A stretch of 63,152 bases of DNA, filler included, from Choristocarpus tenellus KU-1152 (taxonomy: Eukaryota > Protista > Phaeophyceae), in the NCBI GenBank assembly GCA_964200185.2. It is 11 parts of 11 records of this genome, joined end to end, with 100 filler letters (N's around TTAATTAATTAA, not from the genome) between each part and the next. Parts side by side here need not be neighbours in the genome. Positions count along the whole stretch, not along the records: positions 10,445 to 20,660 come from CAXNAD020003067.1; positions 20,761 to 23,299 come from CAXNAD020026948.1; positions 23,400 to 31,595 come from CAXNAD020005015.1; 8 more parts are not named here. One strand, 5' to 3'. Each line of letters begins with the position of its first letter. Within the stretch, counting starts at the first letter, position 1. This document shows, piece after piece, positions 13,358 through 26,452 of this stretch. Below the pieces are notes generated by a model. That model saw nothing but the letters and a program-made list of their open reading frames with translations. It was not told where the DNA came from and searched no databases. Made by a program: the position numbers and the translations under genes.

Positions 13358-13559
13358 TACACATATTATCTTCCTATGTACATTATTACCACTTCATGTA
13401 TACTAATAGCAACATTTAGTGTGTACAGCACTTAAACCATCTCCTTATGTGAACATGAATATCATGATGATGATTGATATCATAAATAATGGTGGTGAAA
13501 GTGTACAATGTGAGAACAAGGATCGGATGACATCTTTGAGTATGGGGGATAACAACTCC

Positions 13560-14010
13560 CTTCTAGGCATAAAAAGCATCCAGAAAGTTTTCTGGATGAG
13601 TTGGCTATGCATTTGGTAGGGGGGTGAGGTGCGGGAGGCTACAGCAGGAAAGGAGCTGCCAATCCCGTTTACGACAGATAGTGTCTCTCACAACACAACT
13701 CTCTCTATCAAGGTGTATCATTCGTTTTAAGCTGGAGACACCAGGGAGATGGGCAAGGAGGGGCCTTTCAGATTCTTGGGATCCTTCCCTAGCTTGTCGC
13801 CCTGGAGTGTAGGGCTAAGCTAGGTTGGAGGCATACGAGGGGAGTGTTGTAGCATAGCTGGTAGTAAAATGGTAAATGGATGATGAAAAGACATCTTTCA
13901 CATTTACGACAACTGTTACTTTTTCAGGGTTTGTTCTTATTTTGAACGGACTTTTCTTTGGTTTTTCCCCTGACACATCTGCAACATTTCGCAGGGCATA
14001 ATAATAAACC
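13560..14010 (+). mobile_element. 3' end of a second copy of the CRE-like element
   Basis: 13620-13830 matches 22484-22695; 13890-14008 matches 23060-23167 and ends CATAATAATAAA. Confidence 0.7.
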
Positions 14011-14072
14011 TCCTACTTCCGTTAAGAGGTGCAAGTGTAAAAAAAGTCTGTAATGTAATAATATTCCAAGTA

Positions 14073-15460
14073 AGGTGGTACCAGTGTTACAGCGTGCTCC
14101 TGAACTCATCTCCACAGGATGTGTAACTCAAATCCAACGACCTTAAAACGACGCTATGGGGACATTGCCCCTGGTAACAGTTTGTTGGGCGTCAGGTAGC
14201 CTTTTCTCGATACTCCACTCAGTGCGTATCTCAAAGCTCGACTCAATGTTAAGTTCAAGATCAAAGACTGTTTTAAGAGGGGTGATGGTTTTGACCAAGA
14301 GCCATTTTATTATTTTCATCATCCACCCAATTTCTTTGGTCTTCTAAGCAACTGCTGTATACATACTCCAATCATAAACCTTTATTCTGCAACTTCTTAG
14401 GAACTTTGGCGTTTTCTTCTGTAATGTTACGTATGCACTACGAATCTTACTCTCATCATCTAGGGAATCAGCATTTAACCCTAACCCTAACCCTAACTCT
14501 TCTGTAAGGCTACCTATGTGCTACTAATCTTGTATACTGCTTGCGCTTGTTAGAACGCGAGAAGAAACGCTCGCGCTATTCACCTGTAACACCAGTAGTA
14601 GCCTCGCCCTCTGTGGCAATCTTGAATTTGTTCACGAGAGCATCACAACAGATATACAACAACATATATATATCAAATGGAAGGGTATGACAAGAGCTTT
14701 CGAAGGGTTATACTGGATTTTGTTGAAACTTCGGGGGAACGGGAGGTATGTCCCGATCAAATAATGAAAAAAACGCGGGGGAATATCTCCGGCGCAATTT
14801 TGAAGGTCACGACGTCAAAATCAACAAAAATGAAGTGGTTGGCTGAACTCCTTGCAGAAAACTGGTCTGGGGTAGGTCCCTCTCCAAGTTTGGCTCCACA
14901 ACGGTCAGACAAATTGAGCTGCTGAAGCCACTCTGCCCTCTGGATCTACCCTCGGCACCTTCTCTGTTGATAGATGCTGGAAAAAAAAGTACCGCATGAA
15001 ACTCAGTGCGATGTTAGGTGAAGAGAAAGTGCAAGTAGTGTGGTGCACCATCATGATCGAATCGCGAAATGGACCACGTGGTTGCGACACTGAAGTTGAG
15101 AGAAGATGCATTGAAAGCATTACCACACAAGCATGGTTGGGTCTTCAACCACGTCGGAACACTGCTCTGTGGTCTATGCTGCCTCGGGAAGCAGGAAGAG
15201 AACAGCGAGTCCATCACCAGGTGTGGTACAGTGATGAAGTAATAATATATCTGTTGCCGCTCTTGGTGACCTACAATCCACGGTTCGAACCCCAATATGA
15301 CCGCTCTTAAGAAAAGTAAAAAATGGTGAAACAAAACGAAGCCCGTACTCTGGAGGGCATTGTGGCGGGCATCACGGACATGCTTTTATTTTTAATTCCG
15401 ATGTCTACATCAAAAGTTATGACGGGACAACCCCAGAGGGCGAAGCTACTGATACCACTA
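14073..15460 (+). mobile_element. Internally deleted IS630/Tc1/mariner-superfamily element (family E), interrupted by a solo LTR
   Basis: TIR TAGTGGTA(C/T)CAGTAGCTTCGCCCTCTG at both ends with flanking TA; the interior matches 48850-49580 in reverse. Confidence 0.8.
14085..14591 (+). mobile_element. Solo LTR (family D)
   Basis: TGTTACAG...CTGTAACA termini, perfect 4-bp TSD CCAG, inserted in the family E TIR. Confidence 0.85.
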
Positions 15461-17083
15461 TAATATGAGTGTTGGTTCTGCTCTCCCTCATCCTTTTTCT
15501 ACTAAAAAATGTTAGTAAGGGTAAAAATATTATGTTGGTATTATGTGAGAGTCATCTTCCAACTAAGGTATACCTTTAAGGTGTCCTATCTTGAAGATCT
15601 GTTGTTCATTTGACATCTGTTTTTGCATGTTGACTTCTCACATGTTCAATTTTTCCTGAGTGACCTTCAGAGGGATTGCTCTCCCTCTTGCCTTGTCTCG
15701 CTCCATTTTCTTGCCTCCTGTAGGTCTTCCCGCCCCCCTTCAGTCTCAAGAACCTTCCATCTTTTTCACATGTACCGTGAGTTATGTCCTTCATTCACGA
15801 ACTTAATTCCTGCTACCCCTACCTACTACCACTCAATCCGTTGTAAAGTTCAATACAAAACTTGAAAGTGTGAGAGGTTGCATTTCCACTATATTATATA
15901 ACAAATCGGGTGGAATACAAGAAAAAGGCAAAAACAAAACCGACCCTCCTCTCTCTGCTCATATCACTTCCAGGTGATTCAGGAATAAACCATAGTCAGA
16001 CCATATAACAAACAGGCAGGTTGACCCTCCCTTCAACATATATATATATATATATATATATATGGAATCATGTATATTATGGAAGCATGTATATGGGGCG
16101 AGGAGGGGGTGAGGTAGATTGAAACTACGAGATATAGACGACGTGATTCAGAGACTGTCAGAACAAGAGGGTGCGCTTTGAACGTTCGTTGATTATTATG
16201 TGATTGCTTAGTGACATATTAGTAACAACCTCTTTGATAGAAGAGTTCTATTTGTGGTTTCCAAGATAACGACGCTTTCATAAATAACCATCTAATACAA
16301 ATTTGAACACCGAAACATGGAAATAATCGAATCTACACCTCACCACCACCACCACCACTCTACAAGAGTGACTTGAATAGTGGGGAATGATTTATACGAA
16401 CTAAAAATGAAGCAATAGCATGAGGTATATTGTTGAAAGTATTTTACATATAACATTTACAATTTAACTCGTGTGGATATACTTTGGGTTATAGTATTCC
16501 ATAACCGTTCACCACACAAACGACATAATGCGTGCGCAATAATACACAATAGTGGTCAACAAGGTTCTAATGACAAAAAACATGAGTTTTCATATTGAAT
16601 ATGATACTTCTGATCTTTTACTCCCTCTCTTGAAATATAATTCTCTCTTGGAATATACGTTCTGTCTTGGAAAAACACACTCTCTTCATTTTTTTCTCAT
16701 TTGTCTTCTTCCTTATTATCTCCGAACCCTGGATTTCTTCCCAATGTAGAATTATACGAAATGTGAAAAATTTGTGAAAATACGGTGGTGTGTATAATGT
16801 CACTACTATATAGTGTTATTGTTGATATAGTTGTTTGGGAGTGATTTGATGCCAACGGTTTTCGTCCAAATCGGTTCGAACTGAGTCCTGGGGTGGTGGG
16901 CCTTGGACCCATTGTGTCTCCGATTGGGAGGGCAGCGAGGGGATGCCGCAGACGAGGGACTGTAGTATTGTCTTTACGACTTCCAAGTGTGTTTGTTAAT
17001 TTTCTGAGGACGAAACTAGGGAAGAGCGTGAATACAAGGTGACAAAAGATCCCATCATCCAAGGGAGGACGTCCACTTAAGAG

Positions 17084-20000
17084 ATGGTGCTGACGGCCAA
17101 ACAACGGCATGAGATGTGAGCGAACTAGAAGAGACTTGAAACAAATTGTCGTGACTATTGCTCGTCTGGAAAATCCATATGACCTTCAATAGATGTGGTA
17201 GTGGTTGGTCAGTGTGTAGTGTAGTGTAGTCGCGTGAGAGGGCAGAATACTCAACACTGTGATCAAGTTTGAAATGCTGGTGACATATGCTAACTACAAC
17301 CTCCTTGTGCACCCCTGCTCGACTCAATATTTACGATATTTGGAAACATTGCTTACCATTTGAAACGTTGCTTCAGGCATCTGGGCATCCTAGAGTATAT
17401 TCTAAGTCAGGGTGAAGGATTTGCAGATGCGGCTCGGGTGTTTGCCGGAGCGGCTGGACTTGAGGGTGCCACTGTGGTAGATGGAAAAGGGTTGCTGGAA
17501 AAGAAATGGACATCGGTGGTGCGCCTTCAGCGAAAGGTGATAAAGACAATTTTATTTCTTGACGTACTCTCTTAAGTGATTTCCTTACCACACCCTTTTC
17601 CTGGAGTTGGCTCTCCTGTAGTGTCGTTCTCCCTCCATGTCCAAGACAAGTCCGGGATTCGAATATTTCGGAGGAGAGTAGAGTCACTCTAGAACAATGA
17701 AGAAGTACGTCGTTCTCTTAGCCACCGACCTCTTCACTTCCATGCCCCCCACCGTCGACCCTCCAATGGGAAGGTGATGGATTTGGAAGCCAGACTGGAA
17801 CAATCAGAGCAGGACCTCCGAAATGGGGTTCGTCCTGGGAGGGGAAAGGGGGACGGTTCCAGTTATCTACCGCGGGCGCCGGCAAAGTCAGTACTTGCTG
17901 GACATCGCAGCCCTGTCACAGCTGTGGCAATGCATCCGTTGTATAGTGTGATCGCTTCCGCGAGTGAGGATGCAACTATCAAGGTGTGGGGCAAAATTAG
18001 TTCTGTATTGTAATGTAGGATAGGGGGAACGAGGCAAGAAAGGCTGAATTATGTCCTCTTCAGGGGGTGAAAATTGAAACATGTTTGATGATACAGAGAT
18101 TCATCTTTGCGTAGATTCAGCGTGTAGTATCAGTTAGACTCGTGAAGTAGAAGTTGATCTATACATCGAGGTTGACCTTTTGACAGACCCTAGTGCAAGT
18201 ATTGGCATGTACTTCATTACAGGGCACTTGCCATGACTGAAGCACGTTAGTTCAAATGTACATGGGAAAAAGTGAAGGCATTGCAATTAGGCAGCCATCA
18301 CCTTTTTTGTTGTTACACCCTCTCTATCGCTGATCAGATTGTGTTCAGATGGCAGCTTCTGTAGATTATATTTCAACTTGTGTATCCAATCCACACTACC
18401 TCTCTCTCCCCCTTAAAAAAAAAAACTCGTTTTTGTCACTTTTGAGAGTAGTACCATGTTAAGGACATAAGTGCAACAACGCCAGGTTTCACCCCTTGTC
18501 ATAGGTGGTGTGTTAAGAGTGTGCCACTACCACTGATAAATGTCTTGAAACCATGGGTTTTCACCTCACACACCCTGTGACTGATGCAATCCTCATTGAT
18601 TGCTGTTATTACGTCATGGCTACACCCCATATCATTATCAACACAAAGGTATAGTATTTGGTGGTGCCCCGGCTATTGTTCTGATGGTACACCTATTAGT
18701 ATCACTTCTGTTTCTTCCCTTTCGGTCTTCCAATGCCTTGTAGTCCTGTAGTGAAAGCCAGTCAGGTTACAAATGGTACCACCTCAAAAGCATCAGAAAA
18801 AACTCAGATCACCCTGGAAAGCGTTTTTCATTTGGTGACATCCAGCACGAAGGTGAACCTCTGTCAGCGACCACTCTAAGTATGGCGGTATGGATGAAAT
18901 CGTTGACGGCACATGTTGATCACATTCTACCATTACAAATGGTTTCCTCCATCGCCATACCAATACGGTCTTGGTGAAAAAGCGCCCAAACCCTTAACCA
19001 AGACGAGGTGGAGATGCCCTCTTCTGTGCCGAATGCCTATGATTTTTTATTTTATTTTCTACTTCTTCCCTCTCCCCCTGTCTTTCTACAAGGACTAATC
19101 TACATGCCCACCCCCCAAGAAACCACATCTGGTTCTCATCTGTGCCTCACCCTTGTTGTCTCTCCCTCGGCCCAAAGCAGATATGGGACTACGATACTGG
19201 GGAGTGTGAACGCACACTCAAGGGGCACACCAACGTGGTGCAGGGGGTAGCCTTCAGCCCGGATGGGCAGGGCCTGGCGTCATGTGGGGCAGACATGAGT
19301 GTGAAGGTATGGGATTTCTCCCAGGGCACCCCTAGGGAGTGCCTCAGGACGCTCCGGGGCCACGATCACAATGTATCATGTGTTGCCTGGGTTCCTCCTT
19401 CGGGTGAACGAATTATCTCCTGTTCTCGTGACCAGACTATCAAGATCTGGGAGGTGAGATCTGTAGGAGTATGTAAGAGGGTTTGTTTGCAGAGTTAGTG
19501 TGGTGTGGTGTGGTGTGGTGTGGAGAGTGGGGTGGATATTTTAAGGGAGGTTGGTGCATGGCTTTTTTTTTTCTGATTCCTCTCCATACTGTCCATTGCT
19601 GCCCCCAGGTTTTCCACCTGACCCTATTAGCATTGGGGGGTATTGATTCTCATTACATGCACCAGGATGATATGTCTGCTGTACAAAATGCAGAACTAGA
19701 CCCTTTGAAAATTTTATCATTTCCCTGAAAACGCTGAAAATTCTTTCTTTGTCAATATTATGCTGGAAGAGAAGAATAGAGTTTGCCAGGCTTGAGTTTT
19801 GTGCTGACCTGCCCAACCCTTTTCAAACTTACGCCTGGATGTATGTGTTCCTTTCTGGGTGTGTCTATTTCTGTGTGACAGTTTGAATGTTTAACAGGCC
19901 AATTGGGAAAGTGTTTTGAAGTAAGACATTTCAGAAGGTGGTTAGGAAAATCGAGTAGATCTGACATGGGCGCCTTACATGCAGATAAGCAACGCAACCT

Positions 20001-20361
20001 TGTGTAAAGGCAAGTTCGCTTTAGCTGGTTCTTGAAAATTGGTTGACCCGAATCAAAACTGCTTGCACACGGCTGTCCCCATATTGGGTTTGAGTGGGGG
20101 GTCATGAACCCTTACATGTTTTCCGGACTGGTGATCTCTCTGATTGCCTCCCTCCAACACAGGCTCCCTCCACAACATGCAAAACGCAACATGCATTACT
20201 CATTTTGACCTTTTTTTAAAACATTTTTTTGTCTACTCGGGAAGGTGGCCACAGGTTACTGCGTTCGTACGCTGGTTGGTCACACGGAATGGGTCCGGAG
20301 GGTCGCGTTGAGCGATGACGGCGAACTGGTTGCGAGCTGTGGGAACGATCACACTATCAAG
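17084..20361 (+). CDS. LIS1: Lissencephaly-1 homolog (LisH + coiled coil + WD40 dynein regulator), 5' part; exons 17084-17115, 17377-17536, 17774-17983, 19181-19453, 20245-20361
   Basis: [19 protein letters not shown] (LisH), [95 protein letters not shown]. All junctions are GT-AG and in frame. Confidence 0.95.
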
Positions 20362-21189
20362 GTTGTTGGCCCAGTCCCGATTCCCTCAGCGCGCCCTTTG
20401 TTGTCTGGTGTATCCTATCCCTAAATGTATATTCCAGTAAGAATGAACGGAATCTGGTACGTGAATGGGCGGCTGCTGCAGTGGGGTGTGGAAAAGAGGG
20501 GGGAAACACAGTGTTGTTGTGTGTCTATTGTGTGTCTATGGTTTTGGTGCTGAATTAGTACACCTCGTGGTTTGTTTGTTTCTGCTTTGTTCTTCCTGCC
20601 ACTTTTCCCCTTACAGGCGTTTTGGTTGGGATGTAGCGTGCGTGCCCCCCCCTCCCCAGANNNNNNNNNNNNNNNNNNNNNNNNNNNNNNNNNNNNNNNN
20701 NNNNTTAATTAATTAANNNNNNNNNNNNNNNNNNNNNNNNNNNNNNNNNNNNNNNNNNNNGTCTTGCCCGGTGATTCTCTTCACCACCCTTGCCTGAGTG
20801 AACCACGCCGCCACAGAATCACACGATTCACATATATATAGTTTTCATTGGTTTCCCCCCTGACACATCTGCAAAATGTCAGAGGGCAAAATAATAAAAT
20901 ATATGTATATGTAGGGGACATCACTGTATTTTTACCTTTCAAATTGTACATTAAGGACGTGTCTTCTTGCCCTCGTCGACAACCAACCGATGTAATGTAC
21001 TTACAGTAGCCCTTATATTCTAGTTTCAGTTTGGGTTTTGCTCTCACACATCTTCTCCAAAATTTCATTGGGTATAATAATATATGTACGTATGTGGCTC
21101 CGGACCCAAACGGTTTTGTCAAACTACAGGCTCCACAGATTAATTTATCCAATTCCATAGGCCAAGGGTGATCGACAGCTCAGACTCAT

Positions 21190-23170
21190 GTATGCTGGCC
21201 AAAACATCTGAGTGTAATGGAGGACAAGCAAGTTTCATGACTCCTTAACTTCTGGTACCTCTCTTCCTGTTCACATTATTTGATGACGGTAGGTTCCCTC
21301 CACCTGGCATGCTCCACATAGAACAAGCTGTCAACGCCTTGCTGTGGACTCTGGAGAAGATAATGAAGATAGCAGACTCAGCCAGCGTCACTGAGTTCTT
21401 TGATGAGATGTGTGAAAATGGGTCTCTTCGCCTGGAAACACACCAACAAGTGCAGGCACACGTGCCCAAAAGATCAGGCGACTAAGCATATCCTCTATAT
21501 AACACCACCAGCCTGCAGCTCTTGTGGGATTGCTAGTAGCCACTCTCCCCACCCTCCTAGCAAGGCAACAAGAGCCCATGGAGAGGATTTCACTCGGAAT
21601 ATTTGTCCAAGTCCCAAGTTCCGGACCCTAGGATCTTCAATCCACATCCTCCTCCCATCAGATGTCCCTTTAGAGGACTTGGCGGGGATTGTAGGTCAAG
21701 GCTGGGTAGACCGGACAGGAACAATAACCCCAGCTCCTGTCCCAGAGCTCCACACTCTGACAGGTCCCGATGCCAGCCAGGATTAAAAGGAGGGCACAGC
21801 ACCAAATCGCCTGCCTTCTGAACACAATCCGTTTTGACTCCTTCCAAACGCAACTGGTCAATCTCCCAGATTATGCAAAGGAGCAAGAGAGGGAAAGTTC
21901 TTTGCGAGTCCTAGCACGCCACTGGAGCCAGTATGGACAAGGGACCAGTGCATGGACCTCCACACAACCCCTGGACCCAGGACGCTGGGTTCCTCTAGTA
22001 GAGTTTATACTTGCCGCCAGCAGATCTTTAGAAAGGGAGGAGGCCCTATCCAACAGATGCCTGATGGCCAGGTGCAGGAGCCACAATGTCAACACCCAAC
22101 ATGCTTGCAACTGCCCTAGGGCAGGAGTACAAGTGCCTCAGCACGCGCCTATGGTGGAACGCCCAGGCCAAATCTGCAGGGGAATGTGAAAATCCCTTGC
22201 ACTATGAATGATGGTAGCCCGTTAACAGTGGACCGTAGCTTCCACACTGGTTTGGATGTTCATTTGGGGACACTCCCAGACACTGACTCAGGTTCCCTAC
22301 CGGAACAAAGGCTTCCTCCTGGATGTTGCCTTTGAGAAATCTAAGCAACCTTCCATCTGCCCCACTAATGCACCATCAATGGTGTGGCTGTTTCTGCAGC
22401 CAAGGGGTTAAAAAAGACACACTCTGAGGGATCTCTTGACCATCGCGGTTTTAATCCCAACACCATTATGATAGAAAGAGTAGGGGGGAGAGGGACAGGA
22501 GGATATAGTAGGAAAGAGGCTATCAAGTTCCATTTGAGACCGATAGTGTCCGCTACTGCAAAACAAGTGGCCCTCTTGAGACGCACCGTGCGTTTCAACC
22601 AGAGATACCGGGCAGGCGGGCTATAGGGGGCCTTCCAGACTCTGGGTTGCTTCCCTAGCTCCTCGCCCACCTTTGTAGGGCAAAGCTAGGTTAGAAGCGC
22701 TGTAATTTACGTATTACTTAATAGTGAAAAACCTCTAAGGGAGCATTGTTATATTGTTGGTTTTCGAAAAGTAAATATTTCTTAGAGAGGTATATTTTGC
22801 GTGGACGACAACTCCTGTTTTGATACCAGTCCTTGTGACGTAACTTTGGTTCTTCCCTGCCACATCTACATATTTGTCAGAGGTCATAACAATATGTACA
22901 TATTCAGGAGTCCTTGTGATTTAGCTTTGGTTTTTCCCTGATATAGATGCAAAATGTCAGAGGGTACTGTAATATGTCATTTTTACATGGATCCTTGTGT
23001 TGTGGTACAGGTTCGACGTTTTCCCTGACACATACACCAATGGCAGAGAGCATGATGATAGATCTTTCACATTTACGAGAAGCTGTTACTTTCACAAGGG
23101 TTCTAATGATTTTGAATTATTAGCTTTTCCCCTGAAACATCTGCAAGATGTCAGAGGGTATAATAACATT
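21190..23170 (+). mobile_element. 5'-truncated, decayed CRE-like non-LTR retrotransposon (restriction-like endonuclease end plus 3' UTR)
   Basis: ARHWSQYGQGTSAW..P...EF..A.R.L, zinc knuckle C..C...H..C, FLLDV, KKTH...F.P...E..G. These are followed by tandem stem-loop 3' units ending ATAATAA. Confidence 0.75.
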
Positions 23171-23223
23171 AATGATATATCTACAATATATCGACAATGA
23201 GGAAAACTTGTTGACGGTATACA

Positions 23224-23299
23224 TGTTACAGTCGCCCCTCAATGCTCACCTTCCAGGATGTATAACTCAAATCCAACGACCTTAAAACGATGCTATGGG
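23224..23299 (+). mobile_element. Family D LTR start, cut by the contig end
   Basis: TGTTACAGTCGCCCCTC...CAAATCCAACGACCTTAAAACGA. Confidence 0.75.
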
Positions 23300-23445
23300 N
23301 NNNNNNNNNNNNNNNNNNNNNNNNNNNNNNNNNNNNNNNNNNNTTAATTAATTAANNNNNNNNNNNNNNNNNNNNNNNNNNNNNNNNNNNNNNNNNNNNC
23401 TCTCTTCCCCGACGCCCCCTCTGGGGTTTTTGAAAGGGCTAAAGG

Positions 23446-23621
23446 GTGGGGGGGGGGGGGGGGGGGGGGGCTGTCCATTTGCGGTCATTTTTTTTATGTC
23501 GTGATTTTTGTGTAATTTGGTTGCATATTTCGGATCGACAATGTAAATGCACGTTTCCTGATTTTGGACCAAATGGACACCCTGGGGTAGGACCGCCCCC
23601 CCCTCCCAGATACGTTGGGTC
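23446..23621 (+). mobile_element. MITE family A, left end missing (other partial copies: 1-51, 44701-44794, 52543-52620, 56911-56933, 59761-59834)
   Basis: Same GCTGTCCATTTG...AAATGGACACCCTGG core and right TIR. Confidence 0.8.
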
Positions 23622-26124
23622 TAAACTTGATTGATGTGCTGACCAAGCACCATCAACCTAATGTTATCCCGATCAGATATTCATTGTGTGCCTCGTGTAT
23701 ATATTATACTTCATTTTGTATTAATGGAGTCGCGTAATACAATGGTGCTATAGTATACTAACAGTCACACATGTTTTCCATTTCGCTCCCAGAGCTCACT
23801 TTTTGGTTGACCTTGAATCATGTTTACATGGCTTCAAGGCCGATCAGAAGGGGGGGTGATGTGGAAAGCATGTTTGTCTGTTGTTATGCCGTTATTGCCG
23901 TATGTCATATACCGTTATACCGTGGTATCGATTGAGGTTCCTTGTCAAGCATCCATGATTCCACCTTCGGACCTTCCGTCAGAATGAAACCATGGAATAT
24001 CTTCACGAGACCAATCCCACAGACTTGGGACAGCTCGTCATTCAGAGTTGTCACACGTGGAAGATCCACTTTGTTTTCACGTCTTGACTGGCGGTGATGA
24101 AGCCCCCATCTTTGAAGATGCTCATCACTCCTCAATTTGCACTTGTCCAACCTTAACTTCGTACCCTTGGTTACGGTTCGTCTTTGTTCGTCTGGTCCGT
24201 CTTGCGCGGTGATTCTCTTTGCTACCCTTGTCTGAGTGAACCACGCCGCCACAGAATCACACGATTCACGGCAAGTCCAGTATTTAAAATTATTTCACCT
24301 AAAGTTGGATAATATTGTTTAAGAGACCGACATATAGAACCATTGCTTGCAACATGCTCCCATGCCTCCCAGCGTGAAGTAACTGCTTCAACACGAAAGA
24401 ACAGGCGATTGGACAGGGAAAGAGGGCGTATCTCCTTATCCTATAGTGAACACAAAAGACATTAAATAAATGTCTCTTCGATATCCTAACATGTCAGTAG
24501 GCAGCTTTGGGGATCCAGCAAAGAAATCTGGAGTAACATCCCCCTTTTAACTTTGAGTCAAAGTTAAGTAGAGGTACCCAGCGTTGAATTTTAAGGAAGT
24601 TGGCAAGTATGTGAAAACTTTGTTTTTAGAAATGATGCAGGATATTTTCTGAACTATGTCGAACTTTTTCAAAACAATTAGAGAAATCAACGTTCTCAAG
24701 TCAAACTTAGCATTTCATCCACAGAAACTTGAGTGAATTGCAAAAGATTAAAAAATGTGTTAAAGTGCAAAACGACCAAAACCTGGGTAGCCTCTCATTT
24801 ACTTTTGACTCTTTTGCTCTGGCAGCAGATATGACGCTACACCTCATGGCACTCACACTGTATTTGACTTATAAACTTCAAAAGAAGAACTCCCACATAG
24901 TGTACTCTAAACACACTACCTATAGAAGACATTTTTTTAACAGAAATATGAAGAGGTGCAAACAAAAAATCACAGAAACAAAACAAGGTGCCCTCCTATA
25001 ACGACTTATTCAAACAAGAACTCACAGAATAATAGAAAATGGGATATTGACAAGCAAATATATCTCATAATCGCATAAAAATAGGATGCTGTCATGGAAA
25101 GAATTCCCCCTTGTGATATATATATATATATATCCATGCACCGTAGGAAAGGGTCCACTATTGTCTCTTAACTACGAAAAAACTTTAAACGCAAGTACAA
25201 AGGAACATACATAATCTAACTGAAATGGGGTAGTGTCATATGAAGACTCTTTTTATTGTGAGTACAAACAGTTGGGTACTGTCCACCACCACCCCTCTAT
25301 CTCAGGTGCTCTTCCGGGAATATAGTTAATCCTAATACAACACCCTTCCCCCTCCTTTCCTATCCCAAGTATGCTCTAGGTCGATGCTTTCCAAGACTAG
25401 AGTTTTTTTAGTTATTCAACTCTTCTCATTCTCTGTCTCGAGGTGCTCCGTCTAATATGTGGTCTCCTCTACTTTCTCATCCTGTCGCCCTTTCTGAGGG
25501 GGGTACCTACGGGAAACATACATGAATATTTATACTTGAGGCAAAGGCTTATTTAAATGAAGAGTACTTGTTTGTCATGGCTCAAGTTTTGGTCAATATG
25601 GGTATATCTTTGATCCTATCTAAATTGAAATCAATCGTCATTTTCGACTTTCTCCCTCTAGGAAAATATTGTTCATTTTGGGTATGTTCTAATGTAATAC
25701 TTAGTATTTTGTTCATGTTGTGAGGCAGGGTCCAATCAGTCGTGGGGGGTGTTCAGTATCATTAGTTGTGTCACGGTGGGGTGCTTCCAGCAAACCCAAA
25801 GCTCTCTCAGCCATCAAATCTTAAGAGAAGTTTGAAGAGAATCCCAGATCCGACAGGTGACGTCACATCTTTATGACCATCAACGGCAAGAGGTCTGAGA
25901 ATTCTCTAGAATTCTCTGTGTTTGATGTTGGTGGGAACATTACCAAGGACAAAAGAATTATGCGCGCAATATACTTTTGTGTGCGCTCGGATGTGGATTT
26001 GGACTGAGATCAGCTCCCAAAGGGCACTGTCCGTCGCATCACACACACACCCCAGTGTGAGCTCTGTCTGCACACGAGAAAAAAAAGTGGCTGGCCAGCA
26101 CATCATGGCAGACAATCCCCTGGG

Positions 26125-26370
26125 AGAAAAGAAAAAAGAATCATCTGGGTATCCCAACAATGTTAATGAGCCAATTTGGAGGAGTTCCTTGAAACGTTGT
26201 CCTCAACAGGGTTGGAACCCCAAAGTGTGGTCATAGTAAAACTATGAAGAAAAAGAAAAAAAATGAATCATTTGGGTAAGCATATCCCACAAATGTTCAT
26301 GTAGCCAATTTGGAGGAGTTCCTTGAAAGGTAGTTCTCAATAGGGTTGGAACCCCAAAGTTGTTGGTGAT
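26125..26370 (+). repeat. Diverged tandem duplication, unit about 125 bp
   Basis: AGCCAATTTGGAGGAGTTCCTTGAAA...AGGGTTGGAACCCCAAAGT occurs twice. Confidence 0.85.
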
Positions 26371-26452
26371 GGAAAACATTTTATTGTACCTTTAATTACC
26401 CACAGAATTTTGATACCAAAGTGCTTTGGTCATTGTGGTGATCAAGCTGTAA

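Noticed and set aside
16697-17110. Gene divergent from LIS1
   Set aside because: The ORF overlaps the LIS1 start and has no recognisable domain or downstream exons.
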